From an uncultured delta proteobacterium (GTDB lineage Bacteria > Desulfobacterota > Desulfomonilia > UBA1062), in NCBI GenBank assembly GCA_963785235.1, contig CAWAUM010000002.1, forward strand, positions 884 through 64,883: 64,000 nucleotides of DNA. Reading direction: 5' to 3'. Position numbers and translations under genes: made by a program. A model generated the notes under the pieces. It had not been told where the DNA came from. It did no database searches and was given only the letters and a program-made list of their open reading frames with translations. Below are positions 39,636 to 50,676 of the stretch, piece by piece (the first letter of the stretch is position 1; every line of letters starts with the position of its first letter).

Positions 39636-41043
39636 AAACCGTTCCTCCATGTGCATCAACGATCCCCCTTGAGATCGCAAGACCGAGCCCTATGCCGCCA
39701 TGACCCCTTGTGTATCTCGACTGGTAGAACTTCTCAAAGATACGGGGCATATCCTCTGCGGGTATTCCCTTGCCGTGGTCCTCGATCTCAGTGATGATAT
39801 ATCCGTCAGAGTTCCTTATCCTGATCTCTATTACAGAGCCTTCGGGTGAGTATTTGATTGCATTGTGCGTGAGGTTTGTCAAGACCTGCAGGATCTTGTT
39901 CCAGTCCACCATGACCGTGCAGTCATCCTGAGTATACTCCACCTTGATCTCCACACCATTGATATCGGCAATGGGGTTGATCTCGGATATGAATGAAGTT
40001 ACCACCTTGTTCATGTCATGGGGCTCCATATGCAGCCGGACCATACCGCTTTCTATCCGCGACATATCCAGTAGTTCTGAGACAGTATGTAAAAGCCTCT
40101 TGATGCCTTGTCCCATGATCTCTACAAGCCGTTTCTGCCTGTCGGACAGATCACCGGCCAGGCCCTCCAGCAGCAGGCTTGCCGCCTCCTTCATGGAGGT
40201 CAGGGGTGTCTTCAGCTCGTGCGACACGACTGAAATAAACTCGGATTTCATCGTATCAAGCTCCTTGAGGCGCAACGCCATATTATTGAATGATTCAGCA
40301 AGCTGGCCCAGCTCATGCTTGGAGTCCAGAGAGATACGGTGATCGAAATCACCATCGGCGATATGTTTGATGCCGCCCATGATGCGATTGAGGTCCCTGG
40401 TGACGCTCCGGTAGATGAGGATAGGTACGATGAGGCCGATGCTCAGGGAAACGGCAAGCACCCACCATGTCCAGGACATGATCTGGTCGCCCAGGTCCTT
40501 CAGGTAGGCAATGTGCATCCGCAGCCGGTCAACCGCCTCATTGTTAACATAACGGGCAATCCCCACAATGCCGTCTATCTCTGAGCTGTTGCGGATAAAG
40601 AGCTTCTCAAGATCTTTCGGGTTATTGGGAAGCTCTGTGAGCTGGGTGTGGAATCTGCTTACATAGGCCATCCACAAACCCTTGCCGTTTTCCATCATAT
40701 TCCTCTCGGGCTCATCGTAGTACATGCCCTTCGTGTTAAGATTGTCCCATGCCCGGGAGATGTCCTTCTCCTGCTGTTCCAATATGGAGCGATAGGAATC
40801 GTTCTGGAGGAGCATATACTGCTTGCCGGTTTCCTCAATGGAGATAAGATTGGTAATGAGCTTGTCCGTGATCTCTTTTTTCTTATAATCAATAAGGTAG
40901 ATCTTTGTGCTGAGCGTGCTGACCCGCGATGAGACAATAAAGAGCACTAATGTGATCCCGAGAAGGACCGCCACAAAGACCACATAGGTCATAATGAGCT
41001 TTTGCAGGAGGCCGGGTTTTGTCATGCTAAAGATTATAGACAT
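39523..41043 (-). CDS. Sensor histidine kinase with TM segments, a HAMP domain, and HisKA and HATPase_c domains. The C-terminal ~35 codons overlap the lipoprotein gene, so the true stop may differ.
   Basis: The H-box is SHELKTPLTSM. The N-box is NLTHNAIKYSP. The G-box is GGIGLGLAISRGIV. Confidence 0.85.
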   Translation of the reverse strand: MSIIFSMTKPGLLQKLIMTYVVFVAVLLGITLVLFIVSSRVSTLSTKIYLIDYKKKEITDKLITNLISIEETGKQYMLLQNDSYRSILEQQEKDISRAWDNLNTKGMYYDEPERNMMENGKGLWMAYVSRFHTQLTELPNNPKDLEKLFIRNSSEIDGIVGIARYVNNEAVDRLRMHIAYLKDLGDQIMSWTWWVLAVSLSIGLIVPILIYRSVTRDLNRIMGGIKHIADGDFDHRISLDSKHELGQLAESFNNMALRLKELDTMKSEFISVVSHELKTPLTSMKEAASLLLEGLAGDLSDRQKRLVEIMGQGIKRLLHTVSELLDMSRIESGMVRLHMEPHDMNKVVTSFISEINPIADINGVEIKVEYTQDDCTVMVDWNKILQVLTNLTHNAIKYSPEGSVIEIRIRNSDGYIITEIEDHGKGIPAEDMPRIFEKFYQSRYTRGHGGIGLGLAISRGIVDAHGGTVYAQSSEGKGSIFSFSLPVAHDNASLPGMRDGDPVHQD

Positions 41044-41076
41044 TTCTCCGATAAGTGAGCAAGGGAGAGAATAATT

Positions 41077-41403
41077 ATGTCCATACTCTTATCATCATTG
41101 AGGGCACATGAGATCCTTCTGGCCAATGCCTCTTCCAATGTGGCGAACATGAACACGCCTGACTACAAGGCTATCAGGACCACCATTACACCATCGCCGG
41201 ACGGCGCTGTGGACGTTGCCACGAGCAGGTCCGATGAGCCCGCCCCCATGAACTCCGATGGACGTATGGAGTCAAACGTCGACATGGCAAAGGAATTTAC
41301 GGACATGATGCGCGCAAAAACCGGCTTCGAGTCCGTGCTGAATGCCATCCGCACCCGTGAGGATATGCTCGACGACCTCATGGACATACTGACGAAGAAG
41401 TAA
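41077..41403 (+). CDS. FlgB/FlgC-like flagellar rod-family protein, short at 108 aa, with no other flagellar genes nearby
   Basis: The N-terminus LLANASSNVANMNTPDYKA resembles the rod N-terminal motif. The C-terminus SNVDMAKEFTDMMRAKTGFESVLNAIRT resembles the rod C-terminal motif. Confidence 0.55.
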   Translation: MSILLSSLRAHEILLANASSNVANMNTPDYKAIRTTITPSPDGAVDVATSRSDEPAPMNSDGRMESNVDMAKEFTDMMRAKTGFESVLNAIRTREDMLDDLMDILTKK

Positions 41404-41455
41404 CCATCTGCATATCATCAGCATATATCCTTAAGAAAACGGTATTACCCCGCCC

Positions 41456-42766
41456 ATGGAAGAGATGTACAAGTCCGTCAAACTCGGTTATACTGCCTAT
41501 CCGATGATTAATGATCTGCTCTATAGGTGCCCTCAATGTGGTGCATTTGATTGGCTGGAGCGGAATCATTGCGTATCCTGTCATGCGGACTTCAGGCTCA
41601 CAACACGTTCCCTCGCCTCGCTGGATGGGGAAGTCCGGCCGATTTCTCACTGGTACAAGAAGATCCTGACCTTTGAGCTGCCCCAAGCCTTTTCAGGCAC
41701 CATCATGAAAAGCCGCCAGGTCAGGCTTTCGCGTGAGTCTCAGGAGGGTATGTATGAAGGGTATGCCGGCATTACCGCATGCCATTTCACACGGGCACCT
41801 CTAGACACGGGCACCCTGTTCCTCAAAGAGGATGCCTTGAGCTTTTCGGGTGTCACCACCAGCATTGATGTGCCTTTTGGTGCACTCATGGGTGTTACCA
41901 TTGAATCGAATACCATCATCGTCATCAGCCGTGAACATGGGCCCCTGTTTTTTGATTTTCTCGATGAATCGGGCAAGAAGTGGGAAGACTTCATCCAGAA
42001 GGCGCTCAAAAAATATCATGGCCCCGGCGAGATAGTGGAATTCTATCCAAGGGTCCGTTTCCGGGGTTCCTTAAGGGTAACCCCTTCAAAGGTGCCGGGC
42101 CACCAAAAGCTGCGTGTGCCTGAAAGAAGGTGGTATCCAAGGGATAAAAGCATGCTCTCCATGGTGCTGAAGCCCATTGCCCGGCCTATCCTCAAGGCCC
42201 TCCTGTCGGTTACCATCACAGGACTTGAGAACATACCCGCCAAAGGGGCAGCCATCGTCGTACCCAACCATACCTCATTTCTCGATTCCGTTATCCTGGG
42301 TTTCTTTACCAGACGCGACATATGGTACATGGCTAAAAATTCGGAGTACCGGCATTCTTTCATGAAGTGGTTCCTTCGGCATGCAGGGTCCTTCCCGGTG
42401 AGGAGGTACACCATCGATGTTCTGGCCATCCGTAATGCAATCCGGGTGGTGGGGCATGGTCATATCCTTGGTATATTCCCCGAGGGCGAGCGGACGTGGG
42501 ACGGGGAAATGCTGCCGCTCCGCACCGGTACGATCCGGCTTATCCTCGCCCTGGATACGCCCGTTATCCCTGTGGGCATATCAGGTGCATACAGCCTCAT
42601 GCCCCGCTGGACATCGTCCATCAAGCTTTCTCCCATAAAGATCGCCATCGGCAAACCCATAGCGTTTCCACACATACCCATCCCGAGACAGACCAGGCAC
42701 GACATCGAATCCGCATCCAGGGAGTTACGTGCACAAATACAAAGACTGTCCGGGGGGATTCCGTGA
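41456..42766 (+). CDS. Fusion protein. The N-terminal ~230 aa are an uncharacterised region with a zinc ribbon and a PH-like segment. The C-terminus is a 1-acyl-sn-glycerol-3-phosphate acyltransferase (PlsC/LPLAT) domain.
   Basis: CPQCGAF...CVSCHADF. LPLAT motifs NHTSFLDSVIL and FPEGERT. Confidence 0.7.
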   Translation: MEEMYKSVKLGYTAYPMINDLLYRCPQCGAFDWLERNHCVSCHADFRLTTRSLASLDGEVRPISHWYKKILTFELPQAFSGTIMKSRQVRLSRESQEGMYEGYAGITACHFTRAPLDTGTLFLKEDALSFSGVTTSIDVPFGALMGVTIESNTIIVISREHGPLFFDFLDESGKKWEDFIQKALKKYHGPGEIVEFYPRVRFRGSLRVTPSKVPGHQKLRVPERRWYPRDKSMLSMVLKPIARPILKALLSVTITGLENIPAKGAAIVVPNHTSFLDSVILGFFTRRDIWYMAKNSEYRHSFMKWFLRHAGSFPVRRYTIDVLAIRNAIRVVGHGHILGIFPEGERTWDGEMLPLRTGTIRLILALDTPVIPVGISGAYSLMPRWTSSIKLSPIKIAIGKPIAFPHIPIPRQTRHDIESASRELRAQIQRLSGGIP

Positions 42767-44380
42767 ACACGGTGAAGGTGATCCCCTTAGGAGGTGTCAG
42801 GGAATTCGGGCTGAACTCCATGGTCATCGAGACCGGCTCAGGGTCCATATTGGTGGATGCGGGGCTCATGTTTCCCAAGTACAACCTCACGGGCATCGAT
42901 CAGATCATCCCGGATTTCTCGTACGTTGTGGAAAACCAGGAGGCCTTTGAGGGGATTCTTCTTACACACGGGCATGAAGATCACATCGGCGCCCTGCCAT
43001 ATCTCCTGAAAGAAGCCCCTATCCCTGTCTACAGCCACCCCTTCACGTTGGAGCTGGTCAAGCGCAAGCTCAAGGAATATGACATGGACGGCCATGTCAA
43101 GCTCATCGCTGTCCATGCAGGGCAAAAGATCAGCCTGGCAGGCATGGACATAGAGTTCTTGGAGGTTCGCCACTCCACTATCGGGTGTTATTCTCTGAGC
43201 ATGCTCACACCCCAGGGCCGCATTATCCATTCCGGTGACTTTAAAGAGATGCCGGCCGAATTCCGCACCATGGATGGCCCGGTCAAGCTTTTCATCTGCG
43301 AGAGCACCAATGCGGAACTCGACCCCAGGTGCTCGGACGAAGGCAAGGTCTCTTCCTGCATAGAATCCATCATGAAGAAGACACAAGGGGCGGTGATCGT
43401 CTCCACCTTTTCCAGCCATGTAAGACGTATCCAGATGCTCTATGAGCTTGCCGTCAAGAACAACAGAAAGGTTACCATTATCGGCAGGAGCATGAACCAG
43501 GTGGTGGATATCGCCTCCGACCTCGGCATCGTGGAGTTCGATTCCAGAGACCTCATCAAACCCGAAGAGGTCCTTGCCATTGATAGAAGCAAGCTCATGA
43601 TCATCTGCACGGGCACCCAGGGCGAGGTATATTCGGTGCTGTCCCTTATCGCCAGGGGATGGCACAAGTTCAAGGTGAAAGAATCAGACAGCGTGATCAT
43701 CTCGGCCAGGATCATACCGGGCAACGAGATCGCCATTTCCCGCTGCATCGACCAGCTCATGGACTATGGTGCAAGGGTTTATTATCCCGACATTGCAGAC
43801 GTTCATGCAACCGGCCATGCCACCCATGGTGAAATCATAGAGGCAGTGCGGCTGCTCAACCCCCAGATCATCATGCCCGTCCATGGCGAGCTGCGACACA
43901 TGAAATCATTGGCTAGGTTGGTGGAGAACTCGCTTCATACGAACCCGCAGATACTGTTTGCACGGCCCGGACAGATCTGGACATTGGCGGATTCGGGCAT
44001 GGAGATCACCGGCGAAGCCCCGCATGGAAAATGTTTTGTGGACGGCGAGCTCACCGGTGACATCGGGGATGTGGTGCTGAGAGACCGCAGGCACATCTCA
44101 GAAGGCGGGCTTGTGGTCGTTTTTGTCGTCATCGACTCGGTCAGGCATGAGGTGGCATTGGGGCCCGATATCATGTGCAAAGGTGTTGTCCCGGCGATCA
44201 TGGAACAAGAAATCATGGATGAGATACGCACAGAATGCCCTTACTATCTTGGACTCTTTCCTCGGTAAAAACACGGACACCCAGGTAATACAGAACCGAT
44301 TGCGGGAATCCCTGGGCACCAGCCTCAAATCAAGGCTCGGGAAAAAACCCATGGTAATCCCCATCATCATGGAGATGTAG
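42763..44380 (+). CDS. rnj: Ribonuclease J (metallo-beta-lactamase/beta-CASP). The start is GTG at 42763. It is frameshifted near 44232.
   Basis: VKVIPLGGVREFGLNSMVIE and HGHEDHIGALPYLL. The C-terminal ...RLGKKPMVIPIIMEM is in the +1 frame. Confidence 0.8.
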
Positions 44381-44527
44381 TTGCCTGATATCCTCTTATC
44401 GCAGGGTTGATTTCTTTGAGATTTCTGGTAAGGACGTTACAAAGAATGTATTTTTCATCTCTTCTTACAGTATTGATGACTATGAGGGTGTCACCGGCAA
44501 AGGTGCTGAGGTAAGGAAGGTTCATCC

Positions 44528-46748
44528 ATGGCAAAGCGAGAACGTGCGAGCACCATACCTGTACATATTACAGGATTGTTCCTGATCTTTGCCGCCGTAT
44601 TTCTCCTGCTTGCCCTCATCTCTTATTCCCCTGCCGACCCCGGCTTTACCTTGTCCAAACACACCGATACCTTCCATAACTGGATGGGTTTTGTCGGTTC
44701 CTACATAGCAGACGGCCTCTACATCATCATGGGCGTATGGGCTTTTGCTTTACCCATCTTCCTGATGGACTATGCCTGGCGGTACTGCATAAGGAAGCAC
44801 CCCATAAACTGGCTGCACTTTGCAAGCACTGCCATTATCATGTTCGCGATGCTGGGACTTCTCCACATCTTTTTAGGCGAGCTGAAACTGTTCTCCACCA
44901 CTATCAAGGCAGGAGGGGCCATCGGCAAGATCATCGGGGATTCCCTGGTTGGCTACCTCAACCACTGGGGATCGCTGATGCTGCTGCTCATGCTCCTTGC
45001 AGGCGGGATCATGATGGGTTATGACATGTCTTCACCTGTACGGCGTGGTCCGTGACTTCATTGAGCGCATCAAAGACAGGCAGCTTCTCAAGAAGAGGCC
45101 CGGCGATCGTTGAGCGCTCTTCGGAGACAAGGCCGTCTAAGAAGGCCTCTGCTCAAGTCCAGGCCCGATAAAGAAACCTCGGGCAAAGAGCCCCGGATAC
45201 ACCATGATGGAGCACGAGGGTCCTGACTCTACAGAAGTCCCCAAACAGGCCACACTGGACTTTATTGACAACTATCAGATCCCCCCGATTTCCTTGCTCA
45301 ATAACCCGCCTACAAAAAGCCGGACCATCACGGAAAAAGAGCTCAAGGCAAATGCCTCACTGATCCTGTCCAAGCTCAAGGACTTCGGCGTGGATGGGGA
45401 GATCCTTGAGATCAAGCCGGGCCCGGTTATCACCATGTACGAGTTCACCCCTGCACCCGGCATTAAAATCAACAAGATCGTTTCCCTGGCTGATGACCTT
45501 GCCATGGCGCTCAAGGCAGCACCGGTGCGGGTGGTGGCCCCTATACCCGGCAAGAATGCCGTGGGCATAGAGATCCCCAACCGCTCCCGGGAGCTCGTGA
45601 GTCTGCGGAGGATCCTTGCCAGTAAGGAGTTCACAGCTTCGAACGCAGCGCTGACCCTGGCCCTGGGTACGGATATCGAAGGGGTTCCCGTGGTGACCAA
45701 TCTTGCCAAGATGCCCCACCTTCTCATTGCAGGCGCTACCGGTACCGGCAAGAGCGTTGGGCTGAACACCATGATTCTCTCACTCCTGTACAAGAATAAC
45801 CCGTCCGAGCTCAAATTCATCATGATCGATCCCAAGCGCATAGAGCTTTCGCACTATGAAGGTATCCCGCACCTGCTGCACCCGGTGGTCATTGACCCCA
45901 GGGAGGCCCTGCCTGTCCTCAAATGGGCGGTCAGCGAGATGGAGCAGCGTTATATAATCTTCAAAGATCATGGAATGAAGGGCCTCGATTCGTACAACAA
46001 AAAGGTGAAGAAAGAGAATCCCGAAGCGAGAACCACCCTGGCCACCCTTACCACGGAAGATTCTCAAGACGGGCTGTTGCCCAAGATCGTGGTCGTCATC
46101 GATGAGATGGCGGACCTCATGATGATCAACCGTGAGGTGGAGGTATTCATTGCGCGCCTGGCCCAGATGGCCAGGGCCGCCGGCATCTATATGATAGTCG
46201 CCACCCAGAGACCTTCGGTTGATGTCATAACCGGCCTGATCAAGTCCAATTTCCCATCACGCATCTCCTTTCGGGTCTCATCCAAGATCGATTCCCGCAC
46301 CATCCTTGACTCCTCGGGCGCTGATCAGCTTTTAGGCCTTGGCGACATGCTCTTCCTCCTGCCTGGCACCTCAAACCTGAAGCGTGTCCATGGGGCCTAT
46401 GTATCTGAGGATGAGCTGGACAAGGTGATCGAATTCATACGCGAGCAGAAAGGCCCGGACTACATCAAGGAGATCGACACCCAGATCGAACAACTGGCAA
46501 GGGAAGACAGCGATTCGAACGTTCTGCTGGAAGAATCCGACCCGGTTTATGACGAGGCATTGGAATTCGTAACCAACAAGGGCAGTGCTTCCATATCGCT
46601 GATCCAGCGGAGGTTCCGGGTCGGGTACAACCGTGCGGCCAGGATCATCGAACAGATGGAGACCGAGGGCGTCTTAGGCCCTGCGGATGCTGCAGGCAAA
46701 CCACGAAAGGTATTGGTCAAATCATATGCACATGAAATGGAAGAATAG
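44528..46748 (+). CDS. ftsK: DNA translocase FtsK/SpoIIIE. The linker region between the TM domain and the motor (about 45040-45200) carries one or more frameshifts.
   Basis: The N-terminal 4-TM domain. A YQIPPISLL linker motif. Walker A GATGTGKSVGLN. A gamma domain at the C-terminus. Confidence 0.8.
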
Positions 46749-47269
46749 TCTGCTATTCGTATTTTTCCTGTTATTCCTCACCGGCACGGCACAAGGTGTG
46801 GAGCTTATAAAAGTCCAGAAGCGCTATGCCAAGATCCATGGACTTCACTGCCCTTTTCAAACAGGAAACCTTCCAGGTGATCGCCAACAAGACGGTCCAT
46901 TTCGAAGGAAAGGTTTCCTACAAGAGGAACTCGGGGGTGAGGATGGATGTGAGCGCCCCTGAGAAGCAGATACTTATCCTCAAGGGCCAGACCGTGCTGG
47001 TGATCCTGCCTGAGGAGGGGACGTCGCAGGTTCAGGAGATCCCCAACGAGATCGCAGCCCAGAACATCTTAGGTTTTTTCACGGGCCTTAACTCCATCGA
47101 GGAGCATTACACGGTACAGACTGCAGGCGATCACCTTGTCCTTATGCCCAAAACCGGCACCGGATCAATATCGGTCTGGGTGGATGCGGACAACCTCATT
47201 GCGCGCATCCTGCTGAAAGATGCCACTGGGCAATACGAGCGATATTACCTTGAGCTCATACCGCTTTAA
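46732..47269 (+). CDS. lolA: Outer-membrane lipoprotein carrier protein LolA, frameshifted near 46840
   Basis: The signal is MKWKNSLLFVFFLLFLTGTAQG. LolA-like VQKRYAKI / DFTALFKQETFQ... segments occupy two frames. Confidence 0.7.
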
Positions 47270-47406
47270 CAAGGGCATCAACGACGATCTGTTCAAGAAT
47301 CCCTCCGGCAAGGCAGCAGGGACCATCAAATAGCTGACCTTGATGACGCGTGAAACAGCGAGCATCCGCCTTGACCTCCCAGGCCTGCTCTGATAAAGCT
47401 CTTTTC

Positions 47407-48224
47407 ATGGATTTTTCCCTCATCGAGAAGGCTGCGGACCTGCTTGTCAGGGCAAATCATGCGGTGGTCCTCACCGGTGCAGGGATATCAACCGAATCAG
47501 GCGTTCCCGACTTCAGGTCTGCAGGCGGCATCTGGGAGCGCTATGATCCCACGCTGTTTTTCTACGAACGCTTCCTGGCGGAACCGGACGTGGTCTGGAG
47601 GTGCCTCATCGAGATGAACACCTCGGGCGGCATGTCGCTGTGGGACGCAAAACCCAACAAGGGCCATCTGGCGCTTTCCGCCCTGGAGCATATGGGGATT
47701 ATCAAGGTTGTCATCACCCAGAACATCGACAACCTCCATCAGAAGGCGGGCAGCAGGAATGTCATCGAGTTCCACGGAAACATGCTTTTTTTCAAATGTC
47801 TGAAGTGTGGTCGCAAATACGGCTATGAACAGCTCCTGGAGATCATTGCGGGAAGTGCATGCCTGCCCCCCCTGTGCGAATGCGGCGGGGTGCTCAAACC
47901 CGATGCCGTATTTTTCGGCGAGGCAATCCCCCAGGAGGCCTTAAAGGAATCCTTCCGGCATGCCCAGGAATGCGACCTGATGCTGGTCATCGGGACCTCA
48001 GCCCACATCGAGCCTGCTGCGTCACTACCTATCGTGGCCAAGGGCATGCATTCCATGTTCAGGGGGATAGGAAGCCTTGTCCCAAAGGGCAACTGCCATG
48101 TCATCGAGATAAATCGGGAGCCCACACCGCTCACAGGACGAGGTCTCGGATTTCCTCATCCAGGGCAGCGCAGGCGAGATCCTCTCCTGCATCATGGATA
48201 AGGCCAAAGGAAAAGAGGGCGTAG
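47407..48224 (+). CDS. cobB: NAD-dependent protein deacylase (Sir2/CobB family). The 3' end is frameshifted near 48070-48140 and its boundary with aroE is unresolved.
   Basis: GAGISTESGVPDFR, the Zn ribbon CxxC...CxC (CLKCGRKY...CECGG), and a C-terminal GSAGEIL in the next frame. Confidence 0.7.
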
Positions 48225-48225
48225 C

Positions 48226-49043
48226 GTGGTTATTACCGGGCGAACACGAATCTACACCATCCTCGCGCATCCATCCACTGCATGTTACCGCCCCTGTCAT
48301 CTACAACCACATCTTCAATGCCATGGGCCTCGATATGGTCTACATAAGCCACGACATAGAGCCCGGCTCGGTACCTGAGACAATAAGGTCATTCTCAGGG
48401 TGGTGCAATCTGGGCGGGTTCAATGTGACCATACCGCACAAGGAGGCTGTGGCTACCCTCGTGAACAGCCTGTGTGAGGTTTCCTCCCGGATCGGCGTGG
48501 TGAATACGGTGGTGAGGAATGAAGCCGGGCAATTATCCGGCTACAATACCGACGGGGCGGGGGCAGTAGAGGCATTGGGAAAGGTTCAAGGCACCACATG
48601 CCTGATGATCGGCGCAGGGGGTGCAGCGCGTTCTATCGTGGATGCCCTGCTGCATTCCGGCGCGAAGCAGGTGCTTATAATGAACCGCTCTCGAGAGGGG
48701 GCATTGCGCCTGTGCAGCCTCTTTGCGGGTAGCCCGGTATGCATATATGAAGGAGAGTCCCTTTCCCACATCGGAGGTAGTCGTGCAGGCAACCCCCATA
48801 GCGGATCAGATTCCCCTCGGTCTCAACATGTCCGGATTTGCGAAAGGTACGCGCATTCTGGAGACCATCGTAAGGCCCACCGTGCTTTCCGAGACGGCTG
48901 TTCACCATAAGTTTGAGCTCATCGGCGGCCATGCCATGCTCTATCACCAGACAAGCAGAAATTTCGAGCTTTTCACAGGCATGGAACTCCCGAAGAAATA
49001 TTTAGATGATGCCTTTAGGGCAATAGGGTACCACCTGCCATGA
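48226..49043 (+). CDS. aroE: Shikimate dehydrogenase AroE. The putative start is a GTG after AAAGGAAAAGAGGG. It is frameshifted near 48262 and near 48760.
   Basis: IYNHIFNAMGLD, GGFNVTIPHK, GYNTDGAGAVEAL, and a C-terminal VVQATPI...LIGGHAMLYHQ in another frame. Confidence 0.7.
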
Positions 49044-49204
49044 GGGTCTATCTGATCTGCCTGAAACGAAAGAGCAGGCCCAAGGTCGCCCTGGAGGTGT
49101 GCAAGGCCTGCAGGCATAACTGTGCATGCAGACAATACCTCACCTACAGAAACCCGCCGCTCTTCCCCGATTCAGGGAAACCTCAAGGAAATGCAATTTC
49201 TTGA
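49040..49204 (+). CDS. Possible small Cys-rich protein of 54 aa. It overlaps the aroE stop codon (ATGA). It is not in the ORF track.
   Basis: MRVYLICLKRKSRPKVALEVCKACRHNCACRQYLTYRNPPLFPDSGKPQGNAISS. It has a CxxC...CxC pattern. There is no recognisable RBS other than the translational coupling. Confidence 0.2.
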   Translation: MRVYLICLKRKSRPKVALEVCKACRHNCACRQYLTYRNPPLFPDSGKPQGNAIS

Positions 49205-49237
49205 CAGCTCAGATCAATGTAACTATGTTAATTTCAT

Positions 49238-49738
49238 ATGCCGCGTAAAGAAATCCTCATCTATCCTGAATCCACGCTGAAGACCACAGCTGTAACGATA
49301 GAAAATATCGACCTCGAAATCGTGATGCTCGTGGACGATATGAAAGAGGCCCTGTACAAAGCCCCTGGCGTAGGCCTTGCCGCCCCCCAGGTAGGGTGCT
49401 CAAAGCGCCTCATCCTTGTGGACCCAACGGCGAAAAAGGAATCCAATAGCCTCCTGGTCATGGTGAACCCTGTTATAATCGAACAGGAGGGATCTGCACA
49501 GGACAGCGAAATGTGTCTGAGTGTTCCTGAGGTCTCGGTGGATGTGAAGAGGGCTGAAAGGATCCTGGTCAAGGGTGTGGATCTCAAGGGCAAGGAAATC
49601 CGCATTGAGGCCCAAGGGTTTCTTGCACGGATATTCCAGCATGAGATCGACCACCTCAATGGAAAGGTCATTTTGGATTACGCCTCGACACTGAGACGGG
49701 CCATCTATCTGAAGAAGAGGAAAAAGGGTACGCTATGA
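49238..49738 (+). CDS. def: Peptide deformylase (intact, low-GC copy)
   Basis: GVGLAAPQVG, CLSVPE and QHEIDHLNG. Confidence 0.92.
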   Translation: MPRKEILIYPESTLKTTAVTIENIDLEIVMLVDDMKEALYKAPGVGLAAPQVGCSKRLILVDPTAKKESNSLLVMVNPVIIEQEGSAQDSEMCLSVPEVSVDVKRAERILVKGVDLKGKEIRIEAQGFLARIFQHEIDHLNGKVILDYASTLRRAIYLKKRKKGTL

Positions 49739-50676
49739 GACTGGCCTTTATGGGCACTCCGGTTTTTGCCGTGCCGACCCTTTCGTCCCTGATGGAATCC
49801 AAGCATGACATAGCATTCGTCATCACCCAGCCCGACAAACCCAAAGGCAGGGGCATGCACCTGCAGGGCCCTCCTGTAAAGGATCTGGCCAAAAAAGCCG
49901 GGTTGAAGGTGTACCAGCCCCAGACACTCAAAAACAACACCGAGATCCATGATCTTTTTGCATCCTCGAAGCTCGATGCGGTCATCGTTGTGGCATACGG
50001 GAAGATGATTCCGACTGATATGCTTATTATCCCTAAAACAGGTTTTCTCAATATCCATGCCTCACTGTTGCCCGACCTCCGGGGTGCATCCCCCATCAAC
50101 CGGGCCATACTATCCGGGTATACGTCTACGGGTATCAGCATCATGCAGATCGATGAGGGTATGGATTCCGGACCGGTTTATTTACAGGCAAGTCTCCCCA
50201 TAAGTGACGCAGACGATGCCGAGAACCTATCCCTTAGGCTGAGCGGCCTTGGGGCTCTCAAACTCCTGGAAACCCTTGCACTTATTGAAGAGGAAAAGAT
50301 TAAGCCGGTCCCCCAGGACCATGCACGCTCGACATATGCCCCCATGCTCACCAAGGAAGACGGAAAGATCGACTGGGGCAGGGATCCGAGGTCCATTCAT
50401 AACATGATCAGGGGGCTTGTCCCATGGCCATGCGCCTACACGTACCTGGATGGGAAGATGCTAAAGATCATGAGCGGTTTTTACGAGATAGAAGATCATG
50501 GTATAAGGTATGGGACTCTCCTGAAGGAAAAATCCGGGGTGAAGATTGCGTGCGCCGGAGGGTATATAATCCCAAAAATTCTTCAACTCGAAGGGAAGAA
50601 GGCCCTCGATGCAACCGCTTTCTCGTGCGGATTGAAGGCCGATAAAGCGATATTGGGGCAGAAGGAAACGCTATGA
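49735..50676 (+). CDS. fmt: Methionyl-tRNA formyltransferase
   Basis: MRLAFMGTPVFAVPTL, a formyltransferase N domain and a C-terminal domain. It overlaps def by 4 nt. Confidence 0.9.
   Translation: MRLAFMGTPVFAVPTLSSLMESKHDIAFVITQPDKPKGRGMHLQGPPVKDLAKKAGLKVYQPQTLKNNTEIHDLFASSKLDAVIVVAYGKMIPTDMLIIPKTGFLNIHASLLPDLRGASPINRAILSGYTSTGISIMQIDEGMDSGPVYLQASLPISDADDAENLSLRLSGLGALKLLETLALIEEEKIKPVPQDHARSTYAPMLTKEDGKIDWGRDPRSIHNMIRGLVPWPCAYTYLDGKMLKIMSGFYEIEDHGIRYGTLLKEKSGVKIACAGGYIIPKILQLEGKKALDATAFSCGLKADKAILGQKETL

Noticed and set aside
39523-39680. A programmed frameshift or fusion between the histidine kinase and the downstream lipoprotein
   Set aside because: The overlap is more simply explained by an unresolved indel near the kinase 3' end, or by an internal start for the lipoprotein. 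There is no slippery heptamer.
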